Of a DNA stretch of 64,000 nucleotides, positions 11,043-22,791 are shown in pieces. A program made the translations under genes and the position numbers. Every line of letters starts with the position of its first letter. Within the stretch, counting starts at the first letter, position 1. The DNA comes from Naegleria gruberi (Eukaryota), in NCBI GenBank assembly GCA_000004985.1, contig GG738845.1, one strand, 5' to 3'. The notes below the pieces were generated by a model. The model did not search any database, was not told the origin of the DNA, and saw only the letters and a program-made list of their open reading frames with translations.

Positions 11043-13007
11043 ATGCCGGAAATTTGGTGCAGCACTTGCAAAGCACACGTAAATCCAGAACAAACAACAG
11101 AAGGATTATATTGTGGAGAATGTGGAGAAGAATTAGGTAGTCATTTTGAAGAAACTGTAGAGTTTAACGAAAATCATACTATGGTTGGCAGATTTGTTTC
11201 GTCCGAGAGAGCAATGGCTAGTGCAGCTACAGCACTTGCTGGAGTGCCACAATTTTCCTATGATGAGAATGGTAATTTAATATTTACTTCTGCAGTTCCT
11301 CAGGCTGGGAATACTGAAAAGCCAATGACAGAAAGTAGACTTCAAACTATTGAAAAAGCAAAAAGAAGAATAAGTGTAATTGCACTTTTAATGAAAATAC
11401 CAAACCATTATGTTGACCGAGCGACAAATACTTACAAATTAGCTCTTTTGAAAGGATCTACAAAAGCAAGAAATCCTGATATTGTAGCAGCAGCTTGTTT
11501 ATATTTTGTTTTACGTCAAGACAAACAACCATACATGTTAATGGATTTTTCTGAATCTATGAAAACAGATGTATTTTTAATAGGTCATTGTTTTTTAGAT
11601 TTAATGACTGCTCTCAATTTTAAATTACCAGCAGTTGAACCTTTCTTTTATGTGAGACGTTTTGCAAATAGGTTATTATTGAACTCTGGAAAAGAAAATG
11701 CAAATCAAGAAGCAATTAATAGAGTAATCCAAACAACTTTGAAATTAATTGCCAGTATGAAAAGAAATTGGATTCAAACAGGAAGAAGACCTGCTGGTAT
11801 TTGTGCTGCAGCACTTTTAGTAGCAGCTAGAATACATGGATTTAAAAATATTTCAAAACAAGATGTTGTAAAAGTTGTAAAGATATGTACAGCTACTTTA
11901 ACAAAACGTTTAATGGAGTTTGATAAAACAGAAACAGCTCAACTTTCTCCTGAAGAGTTTGAAAGAAGAGAACAAGAAATTAATAATGGTAGTTTTCAGG
12001 GAACAATAGACGTTTCAGATCCTCCTGCATATTCTCGTTCACTTAAGGAAAAATCTAAACTTATGGAAAGATATGAACCTGAACAAAAGGATTTAGAAAG
12101 AGGAACAGATGTTAATGATCAAGATGTTGAAGAAGCAGAAAAACTTATTCAAGACAAGGAAATTGAAGAAATATCAACAGAACTAGAAAAAGGGGATCAA
12201 TTAGCAAGAGCGCAAAGATTACAAGAATCCCAATCAAAACCAATACCGGATACTACTTTACCTTCTTCATCTCTTCCTTCAGCTAGTCAAGATGTTAGAC
12301 AAACTCAAATCAAGAGTTCTGAATTTGAAGATGATGAATCTATTTCATATGAAGAAAGTAATAATCACTCAAAAATTTCCATAGAAAATCAAACAGAACA
12401 ACAAAATCAAATAGAAGAAGACGAGGAAGAAGAAATTGATACATTATCTGATTTTGAGGATGATTCCGAAATTGAAGAAATTGTTATTACTGAAGAATCA
12501 GAAATAGAAGGAAGAGAAAAACTTTGGGATGAATTGCATTTGGAATATCTACAAGCCATGGAAGAAAATAGAAAAGAAAGGGAAGAAAGAAAAAAGAGAG
12601 GTGGTGGAAGGAGAAAAAGAAATAATACGAATGTGGATGCATCTTCTTCAGTTTTTAATATGGGAGGATTAATTTATGGAGCTAGCAATTCAAATCAACC
12701 TGAAACACATGCAGTTTTTAGAAGTGCATCTGAGGCCTCTGCTAATTTACTAAGAGCTAAAATAGCAAGAAATTTGGTTTCTAAATCTCTTTTTGATGAA
12801 GATGAACTTTTAAGTGATACAATGACAATACCACAATCTAATGCTGATGTTGACAATAATTTATTAGGAAAACGAAAACCATTATCTATTCAAGAGAAGA
12901 ATAGATATGAATACAAGAATGATGAAGAGTATGAAGATGATTTTGTGGATGACTTTGAAGGTGATTATGAAAAACAGCCCAAGAAATTCAAGTTTAAAAA
13001 AAAATAA
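11043..13007 (+). CDS. BRF1: TFIIB-related factor (RNA polymerase III TFIIIB subunit Brf1-like).
   Basis: Single 654-aa ORF. It has an N-terminal Zn-ribbon ('CSTCKAHV..YCGECG'), two cyclin-fold repeats ('RISVIALLMKIPNHYVDRATNTYKLAL','IVAAACLYFVLRQDKQPYMLMDFSE','GRRPAGICAAALLVAARIHGF') and a long acidic C-terminal half typical of Brf1 rather than TFIIB. Confidence 0.7.
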   Translation: MPEIWCSTCKAHVNPEQTTEGLYCGECGEELGSHFEETVEFNENHTMVGRFVSSERAMASAATALAGVPQFSYDENGNLIFTSAVPQAGNTEKPMTESRLQTIEKAKRRISVIALLMKIPNHYVDRATNTYKLALLKGSTKARNPDIVAAACLYFVLRQDKQPYMLMDFSESMKTDVFLIGHCFLDLMTALNFKLPAVEPFFYVRRFANRLLLNSGKENANQEAINRVIQTTLKLIASMKRNWIQTGRRPAGICAAALLVAARIHGFKNISKQDVVKVVKICTATLTKRLMEFDKTETAQLSPEEFERREQEINNGSFQGTIDVSDPPAYSRSLKEKSKLMERYEPEQKDLERGTDVNDQDVEEAEKLIQDKEIEEISTELEKGDQLARAQRLQESQSKPIPDTTLPSSSLPSASQDVRQTQIKSSEFEDDESISYEESNNHSKISIENQTEQQNQIEEDEEEEIDTLSDFEDDSEIEEIVITEESEIEGREKLWDELHLEYLQAMEENRKEREERKKRGGGRRKRNNTNVDASSSVFNMGGLIYGASNSNQPETHAVFRSASEASANLLRAKIARNLVSKSLFDEDELLSDTMTIPQSNADVDNNLLGKRKPLSIQEKNRYEYKNDEEYEDDFVDDFEGDYEKQPKKFKFKKK

Positions 13008-13032
13008 AAAAAAAAATTATTTTATAAAAAAT

Positions 13033-16000
13033 ATGCCACCAAGGAAATTTGCTAAGAGAGGTAAAAATAAACCATCATCACCCACAGTTAGTGATGAGGA
13101 AATAGATCTTGGAGAAAATACAACAAGTAGTGAAAATAATATTTTAGAAAAGCCAGAAATTGGATCAACTTCCAATACCGAAGAACATCTACCATCCGAG
13201 CAATATTTACAAATAATACGTGAACATTTTATACAATCATGGAACAATAACAGTTCACCTTTTAAATGGGCTTATCAATTAAAACAAAAATGCAAAAACA
13301 ATCCAAATCTTGAAAATCACTTGATTGGTATGTTTTTTTGAAATTTTGACAAAATTACCCTTTCGACAGAATCTTTTATTGATATCACTCTTAGACGTGA
13401 TACAAATAGTAATATATTTTTTAATTACTTGAATCATTCTCTGATGACGGAGCTTTTATCATTGGATACTTTTACAAAACAACTCTTTGACATTCTTCAA
13501 GTTGACAATAATAATATTTGGAAAAAAACATCATCATGGTTTGAATTATTAAAAATCATAGAATACCACTTACCAATAGTTGTAGAAAAGATTGCAATTT
13601 CTTCATCTGTGAGGATTGGTGACAGTGATAAAAATCATAATGTGCAAATAATTGTACAACCACAATTGTTGGAAAATAACAAAAAAAGAAAGATTGATGG
13701 AGTTGTTGATTCGGATTTAAATAATAACAAAAAGAGAAAATTTATTGTTGATTCATCAGATTTTAATAATTTAAAATATATATCTAGGGTTGTAATCAAC
13801 TCTTTCATGATTAATTGCTTATATATTGCTAATTCATATGAAACATCAGGAAGTAATTCTCTAATTTGTCTAAATATTATCAAATCTATTCAAGTTCTTT
13901 ATAGAATTTTAACACAGCCAAATATTAAACTCTTTTTATTATTTTCAAAATATACAGAACAGGAGTTATGGACAGTATTTATGAATATTACACATTCTAA
14001 ATTAATACCAATTCTAGAAAAAATTAAACAAATATCATCAAACAAACAAACACATTTAGAAAAAGAATTTGTAAATTTATGGCAAGCACTAAATAGGTTT
14101 ATAATATTTATGCTATCTACTGAAAAAAATGGAGAATATCAAGCAATTCAATTTAAAGAATTGAATCATTCTAGACCTTCTAAATCATTGCAATCAACTT
14201 TAAATGAAAAAGCTTGTTTTACTACTTCTCTACTTGTTGAAGATGAAATATCAACCAAAAGTATTACACGTACAAATATTGATAACACATTTTCAAGATT
14301 TGATAATATCAGAATTTTAAAGGAAAGAAGTTTTTTAAACTTTTATTTTGACATTCTTTATAGTGGAATAGAAAAAGTACACGATCTTCAAGCACTTGAA
14401 ATAACAGATATGGCCCAAAGATTAATTGTAGACGACAAGGCTCATAGAATTATGGTAAGAAAATCTTTTCTAGTTTCAAAGCTCCCTCTTTTAATTAAGA
14501 AATGGTATGACAGTTTTGGAAATGAAAAACAGTTCTATGATCCATTTTTCAATTGTGCAAATATTAAGAATATTCATAGCAGTTATTCAGAAAAAGATAT
14601 AAGGTATCTTACTGATACTTCATTCAATAGTATTGAAAAAGCACTTTATATGACTTCTAAATATTGCGTAATTACAAATCATCAACATATTTTAAAGGAG
14701 ATAATCAATCATTGTGTATCACTCAAATTAATAGCACCAGAAAATATAAGAATGTTAATTAATGACAGTGTAATTGACAATGAAGAAAATGAGGATATAG
14801 AAATTCAAAAAAATTATTTTTCAAACTTTTTAGAGAAAAATCCTGTTGAATATGTAGTTAATTTGGTAATTTGTCCAAGATATCAAGCAGCTGTAATTAA
14901 AGCTGACTTTTTAGAAACAAGTGAACATTACTTTGGAAAAATGGACTGTTTGATAAGAAATCCATCAGTTTTGGATATTATACAATTACACGGGTTTATA
15001 CCTGATGTATTAGAACGAGTATTTATTGAAATGAGAAATATTTTTGATACCAAAGAGGATCTACAACATACAAAGTTTGCTTTGGCATTTACTCTATTGT
15101 ATATAATTGCTGAAAGATTTGAATTTAAAAAGGTTAAAGAAAATAGAGAAATATTTTACATGTTGATGGATAGACATTTTATTAATGAAAGCGCTTTGGT
15201 ACACTTAAAAGAATGGTTTCAAAACTGGTTTGAGGATCGTTTGGATAGATTTAGTGAAAGTATTGAAATTTCTAATATTTGCCAAGATATACTTAAAGAA
15301 TTGTTTTCAGTTTCTGCAAGAATAGCCCAAGCAGGTTTTGGCGGAGAAGTAGATATGGAAGGCATACAAAAGTTAAGAAGACAATACTCACCTTCTGTAA
15401 TTTTAAAAGCATCTACTTGTATGGCCAAGCTGTTTGTTGAATGGTATTTTTTAAAACCAGCAGATTTAGAATTTAAATTGGTTCCAATTCTTTCCTTTTT
15501 CCATGAACAGTTTGGATATCATGTAGAGGTTGGATTTTCAGCTGGATTACTTCCAGCATGTTTGCAAGTGTTTCCTAATCTTGAAAGTACTAGAGAAAAA
15601 ATTCCAGATCTAGTGGAATCCATATACAAAGCATTTTTAGCTAAAAATAGAGAAGTATTTGGATTTAATATTTCAAGTATAATGTTACATAATTTACTTG
15701 TTCAATGTGTTCATACCTGCACACAAAATATCAAATCTTTGGAAAGAAGAAAACCAGTTGTATTTAATTATCACTTACCTACTATTCAATCACTTCTTCA
15801 TGAATCTTATTTAATTACAGGTTCAAACATTGAATGGCAATTAGCAACTCAAGAAGATTCCCAAGAATTACATCAAGGAAAGGTCTTTCTATTACCTCCA
15901 TTATTAGGATTTGGAAATACAAACGTTAATCTTTCATCTTCTGCTTCTTCAGCAGTTGTACAAACATGGGTTGAACACGAGTTTGAAAATATATATAGAA

Positions 16001-16818
16001 GTTTGGCTGTTTCTAGTTTGACTTCTCTAACTACACAGGGTTTTATAATGAACTCTACAATGCGAGTATCGTTTAATGTACTTGTGAGAGGTTACAGAGC
16101 TATGGGAGCGCTTAATTTTCTTAAGTTTTTATTAGATCATATTTTTGAATGTTTACTTAAAGAGGATGAAGAACCTTTTGATGCCATAAGAGTAGCTGAG
16201 GCCGCAGCAATAATGTTCTTTATAAGTGCTGGTGAGGATGGTATTGATACATTGTTAAGAGAGGCAACAAACAATGGATTATTTGAATTTTTACTACAAC
16301 ACCATCATGAACAACATAAGAATTTTCTTGAGACTGGTGTTCAAATTTATAATAGACCACCAAATCCTAAAACACCCTCTGTGAAGGGTATTCAAGCCCT
16401 TTCTAATGTAGAATATTTATACATATTGAGCTCATTGTTTGGCTACTTTACTGTATTTGTACTTTCAATTAGAGAACGAAGATTATCAAATAATGAGGGA
16501 ATTCAAAGATTTATTTTCCATCTAATTGAGGAACACACACACAAGATTATTCATGAGGAAAAACATTTCATGACACATTTTACATTATCCTTTTTTGAAC
16601 AACTAAGCAAAATACCAAACCTCATTTTGCAAACACAACATGTATTGAAAAAGCAGCCAGAATGCTTCCCAAATTTTTGTCAAATAGTTACAAGAGCATC
16701 AATTGGAAATTCTTTTCTTGTTTCATTTGGTCGAAACTTGGGATTTTCGGATGGTTTAGTATTAACATTGCTAAAGCATTTAATTTCAACAAGTGTTTGC
16801 GACAATGTTGGAGAGTAA
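13033..16818 (+). CDS. Large (~1240 aa) all-alpha protein of unknown function, two exons.
   Basis: The ATG at 13033 opens exon 1. A 42-nt intron at 13328-13369 (GTATGT..GACAG) joins in frame to the 1129-aa ORF ending at 16818. I could not recognise a catalytic motif, so no family is assigned. Confidence 0.55.
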
Positions 16819-16856
16819 TTCCGCCAATTTTTTTGATAAAAATAAATTCAAAAAAA

Positions 16857-19013
16857 ATGGCCAAAAACTTGATTTTATCATGTTGGGGATTGTCGGAAGA
16901 GTTGTTAAGTGGTGGCAGAGTATTAGACAGTATCCATACATTGGAATGTTTACTAACTAATGTTGGATTTGATCGTGATCCAATATGGGAAGTGGAAACA
17001 AGACTTAGAATTTCACAAATATATCTGAAGCATACTAGAAATTTTCAAAATTGTAAAGATCACTTATTGCGAGGTGTAGGTTTAATTAATATTATTATTT
17101 TTTTTTATAATAATAAATTTCAAGATTATGGTCTTGACATCATTCACGGATCAAGTGTCAACTGGTGTTGAAGCATATTACTTGGATCCGAAATTAAAAA
17201 TTTCATCAATCCAGATAGAACTCTACAAATGTTTAGGTTTAACTTATTCACAAATGTCTCAATTTCCAAGTGCTTGTGAAATCTATAACAAAGCAATAGA
17301 TTTTGTTGAATATATTTTAAATGTTATTGAATCCAAGAAAGAATTGGATGAAAATTTGAAACAACTCAAGTCATGTCTATCTTTGTGGCGCCATTATTTT
17401 CGTATATCTTTGATACACACTTTGGAAATGGATAATTTTTCTAATGATAGAACAATTGATATTGAAAGAATGATTCAAATAGGTGAAAGGGAAGAGTCGC
17501 AATGTAGTGAAAAAGTTAATAAGAGATTGATTGCCTATTATTTAATAAGAGTTTTTCAAGGGTTAAAACAAGATTATTGTTATGTTAATTGGAATATTGA
17601 TTATATAGGAAAAAAGGATTATATAATTAACTCATATCTTTCAAAATTACAAAAAGAGTTCTCTGTAGAAATGGGCACAGAAGAAGAAAAACAATTTTTG
17701 GAACAAAGAACAGATCCTGACTTGGTAAGTGTTTTAGTGATTTAAATATTCTATAGCATGACTAGATTCTCCTTTATATCAAATATTTACTTTTACTTGG
17801 ATTATATAAAATTTCATTAGGGAATCTTTCTGATTTGAAATTAATCCTAAAATCTATTCAAGATTGCACACAGGCACTTCAAAATGCTATGAAAACACCA
17901 CATTTATTTACCTATGAATGGCTTGAATTGAATCCTATAATAAGTATGGTGTGGCTTATTGCAAGCTATTTTTATAGAACATGTGGTCAACTTTCAAAAT
18001 CAGAAGGATATAACACAAAAGGAATTTCTATGGTTGAAAAATACCTAAAAGAGCTTGATAATATTGGCTTCATGCTTGATAAGAAGAAGAATGACAATGC
18101 CTTATATTCTATATTCATCAAATTTAACTTATTACAAGATATGATTTTGATTCATTTATCTAGATCAGAGTTTGTACTTGCCGCAAAAAATACTTTCAAG
18201 CTAATAGAGTTCTTATATCAATTCCCTGATCTATTTGAAACCTATAGACATAACATCCATTTATTAATTGGACTTTTATTATTTTTTACAAATAATCCCA
18301 AAACATATTCAGCTGCAAATGATCATTTTGAATTTGTTGTGAAGCATTCTACATCAAGAAATTTAGTTACTTGGGCTAATATTTATCAAATATTTTGGAA
18401 ATTAAATTGTGTAGGTGAAGAATATTCTACAAACCAATTATTTAGTGATTTGGATATCCTAAATAAGTCACTAGATAAGAATGGGCTAAAGCAGGCTGAA
18501 AATTTTAAAAGTTATATTTCATTTATCAAAGGTATTCTATGTTTGAGAAATTCAGCATTCGTAGAAGCGAAAAATCATTTTCAAAAATGTATTGATCTAA
18601 TGGAAAAATTGTCACTTGGTCAAAAGGGTGTACTAAGACAGTGCATTCTTGGAATCTTAAAGTGTTCATGGAAAAACCATGATTCTTCAAAACAAAAAAC
18701 ACTGGAAGGTGTTTCAAAAGTTGTGCAAGAGGCAACCAATGATCAAGATTTGTTGAACCAGATGCAGTGTTTAGCATTTTTATTAGAATTGTCTAACAAT
18801 TCCTGTGGGTCAGAAATGGATACAACAACTGATTTTGATATTGATAATATAAGATTGAGCCAACCCGAACCTATTCAAAACCAATTCTTCCAAGTTGAAC
18901 AAACACTCAAAGAAAATGTTAATATTCTACTTAATAGTGAGATTAATTCTCAATACGAAATATTAAAATCTTGGTTTCCTAATGGAAATGAGGGCTACGG
19001 CAAGAAACTTTAA
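16857..19013 (+). CDS. MAU2: MAU2/SCC4 cohesin-loader subunit (TPR-like), three exons.
   Basis: N-terminus 'EVETRLRISQIYLKHTRNFQNCKDHLLRG' vs human MAU2 'RIEARTHLQLGSVLYHHTKNSEQARSHLEKA'. Introns are about 17075-17123 (GTAGGT..TTCAAG) and about 17746-17829 (GTAAGT..CATTAG). All three exons are in frame. Confidence 0.65.
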
Positions 19014-19063
19014 ATTGAATTTGATTAAACAACAAATTTTAAATAATATTATTTTTAAAAAAA

Positions 19064-22000
19064 ATGTATTCACCACCTGAGTCCCCTGCCTATTATAATA
19101 CTCCCTCGGATGATGAATACGAAGGAGGAACAAACATCATTGACAATAATTCATCCTTCTCATCACTGGATAGCTATGGATCAAATCTTTCTAATAATCA
19201 ATCTTTGGAATCACTATCGGATGAGAAAAAGAAAGCTTCATTAATTGATACGAAGATTGATTGGTTCGAATTTTTAGTCCATCCTAAAAAGCTTGATCAA
19301 CATGTAGGTTCAAGTTAAATCTTCTTATTATAATTCACCAAGTTAGAGGATCTTCAAAAAGACAACAGTTTACAACCATCCGCTCTTGATTTAGCTATTA
19401 CTTTTGTTGAACAATGTTTACCACCAACTGATTCTAAAACTCAACAAATTAATGACAGAACAAAAAGATATATATCCATAGTTACAAAAATAGCATTCAA
19501 ATCAAACTTTACTTTGGAGGAAATTGAAACTAAATTTCCAATTCCATTCCAAAAACATATTATTCTTGGAACTCTTTTAAGAAAAAGAAAACATTCAGGA
19601 GTGCAAGGTATTGTACATACATCAAGTCAAGACAAATTATCGGAAATTGACCTGTCAAGAATTGATACAATTAATGAAAATTGTTTGGAAGACTTGGCTA
19701 GTTCATATATCGAAATTATTTATCATCGCTGGGTTATAAGATCAATTTCTAAAAGGTTACCTCTATGGTTTATTAAATCACCTTCTCTAGAAGGAACAGA
19801 ATCTTACGATTTAGTACAATTAGGAGAAGAATCCCTTACAAGTTTGGAAAAATTAGTGGCTAGTGCAGAAAAAAATCCAAATATATTCGACAATTTAATT
19901 GACAAACCAGATTCTTTAGATAAGGTAGTATTTGGCATGTCTTTAATATTGGATATGGCAAATTATTACTTTTTCAGGGAAGATTTCCAAAACTCTTTCA
20001 AATATTTGAAATCTCTTCATGAAAAACTACTCAAATATTCAGACAAAAATTTTGAACCTTTAAAAGAGAGTTGCAACACGCTTATAATAGCATGCCAATC
20101 TGTAATTATGGCAAATAACCCTAGTGAAGGTTTACTTCTTCCTGAAAACAAAAAAACTCTCTTTTTCAGACAAATAGATGAGATTGTTAAGAGCTTAAAT
20201 AATCAATCAGAAGTTAAGGCTGAACAATCACAATTACTAATAGAATTACTCATTCAAGATATTATGGAAAATCAATTAAGTAGAGAATATCGTATAAGCT
20301 TATGTTACAAGTTGATTGAGAAGGAAAATCTTTTTAAAAAGATCTTAGCATGTAATATTATTCAAGATATGGTAAAGATTATACAAGGCCATACTATTCA
20401 ACAGGATATCGAAACAACTGGTTCATTTGATCAATCAAGTGTTAATGAAAAGTCTAAACATTCTATCATACCAGATGGTAATGAGGGAATTAATGTTTCA
20501 GTTCAAACCCATCTAGACCGATATGTCTTGAAACACAAGTTTGTTACTAGCCAACCTATAATACCAGTGTACATAATTTTATTCCTTAAAAGGCTAGAAT
20601 ACGAGTACAAGAAAAATGAGAGAAATAATGACTCTTTAGTATGGGACAGTAATATGAATTCTATTATTTCTGATTTTGTTTGTAGATTAGCTAAATATGT
20701 AAATCATCCAATTGTATATGCCACTTTACTGTCAGAGGGAGAAACTTATTTGAACTCAACCAACGAAAGTACACAAATATTTAAAAGTTTAATGTTAGAA
20801 AGTGTAGAAAAAACATATCACCTTAGTAACTTTGAAAATGTCTCCTCTTTAGAATATCAAGAGTATAACTATGGGTTACTTCCAGAAAATGTCCAACACA
20901 AACTGCTAACAGCCTGTTCTGAAAAAAAGACTGAAAACACCTCTTACTTTCAAAATTTGAAAACTTTGATTGTTAAAAAAAGAGTTTATGATTCTGCCCT
21001 CAAAGCTAATCATGTACTATTTTCTGATGATTTAGAGGAAGTTTTAAAACACGAGTCCACAAGCTTTGAGCCACTGAAGAGATTGAAAACAGAAACTAGC
21101 GATTACTTAGCATTGAGAGCTAGAAGTTTATTGTATCGCAATTGTTTCAATAGTCCAACAATAACTCATAGGGCAAAGACTTTTTTTGACGTTTCAATGA
21201 CAATTGCTAGATTTAAAGATTTTGAAACATCTAAACGTATTGCATTTGACAAACTGTTACTCTCTCTTTCTGAAAAACCACACAATTATTTAATAATAGA
21301 GGAATATGCTACTCCAAGAATAGAAAGTAAGCAAATTGAAAGACCCTCACCACATATTGACTGTATGGAAGATTTCTCTGCTCTGTGTGAATTATGCAAT
21401 TTACAAAAAAACCCAACTATAGATTCAATTAATATCAGTGAGAAATCAAAACCAGACTTATCTCATATTAATCTAGTATTCTTGGGAGAATTATTTAAAA
21501 ATCTAATTAATTTAGGTGATTGGGCTTTTATTAGGGATTTCTTTAAACAGATACAAACAGTATATGAGCAAAATACATCTGATGATGTTCATATTGTTTT
21601 TTGCAGATTTGCAATACTAGTTGAATCATTAGCTTATCATATGCATGCACCAAGAAATGGGGCTCCTAAAAAAGTGTTCAAAGATTTGAAAGATGATATT
21701 TATAAGTTTGTGAATAACTTGATTTATTTACCAGATCAATATCATTACGAATCTGATAGTCTTAATTTTGAGGACGAGAATAGACTAAGATGGGATGACT
21801 TTCATTTACTCGTTTCAACAAACAATCTCAAGTTCCTAATGGATCTATCAGTAATGTTATCGTTTGTTTTAGTTTCAGTAAGAATGACTGTTGTAGGAAA
21901 TAGATCCACATCTCCTCCAATGTTAAGAAATCCAACTCAACCAATAATGACAGGTCATTACAAGCATTTAGCAAAACTAATAATGCCTGAATATTTTTGT

Positions 22001-22699
22001 AGCTCTACAAAGAAAAATTGGTTACTTGGTAACGAAAAGTTTGTAGAAGATACCTTAATAATAATGCTTCAACATGTATTGGAGCGTGTAATTAATTTGC
22101 AAGAACAATCTTCAACCAAACCTATTAGTAGTTTCTACCTTTTTAAATGCTGTCTTGCTGACGTATATTTCGAAAAGGGTAAATTTAGAAGAGCTTTAGA
22201 ATTGTATTTGGAATGTGGAGAAATGAGTTTCCCTCATTTCTATAAACCATCCAATGAGGAAGTTGTTGAAAGAATGTTTAGATGCCTAGTTGAGTTGGGA
22301 GAATACACAGCAGCAGCTGTTCTACATCAATTTGTTCACAGCACTTACGATAATGAAATTGAAAGTCAATCCAGAACACACGTTATTTCTGACAATTTCA
22401 TTAACACTAACAACAGAATTGGTTATACAAAAGAAATAATTGATAATTTATACGAATCTAATGGTCTAAACGAGAGGTGGTTGTTGTATTTTTATGATCT
22501 ATCCTATTTGGAATTGGTAGTCCATGTAGCACACCAGAAAGGAGAGTTTAGTAAGGAAGATTTGATAATTCAACACATCCAAAGAAGTGAAATTAATTCC
22601 AATAACAAAACAGAGCATAGAAAAGAATATATCCAAGCAATGAAGGAAACATTTTTACGAAGATTATATCTTCATATAACCACCTTCTTGAAAAATTAA
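19064..22699 (+). CDS. INTS8: Integrator complex subunit 8, two exons.
   Basis: Exon 1 has 'KIDWFEFLVHPKKLDQH' vs human INTS8 'CWFEFLLEESLLEKHL'. The C-terminal TPR region 'YFYDLSYLELVVHVAHQKGEFSKEDLIIQ..RKEYIQAMKETF' vs 'YYDYIWDVTILEYLTYLHHKRGETDKRQIAIK..RRKKKFLQAMAKLYF'. A 39-nt intron sits at 19304-19342 (GTAGGT..CCAAG). The ORF-track 'M' at 19514 is a TTG. Confidence 0.75.
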
Positions 22700-22791
22700 A
22701 TAGTAACCAAGTGGTAGCATGGAATAAATCTTATTATTTAAATAATTGAAAAACAAGAAAAAAATATTTATTGTTGCTGTTCACGAAAAAA

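Noticed and set aside
19262-19275. 'GGTTCGAAT' T-loop-like motif, suggesting a tRNA.
   Set aside because: It lies inside the INTS8 exon 1 (it encodes '..DWFEFLVHP..'). There is no acceptor stem or anticodon arm context, and no tRNA-like structures were found in any spacer.
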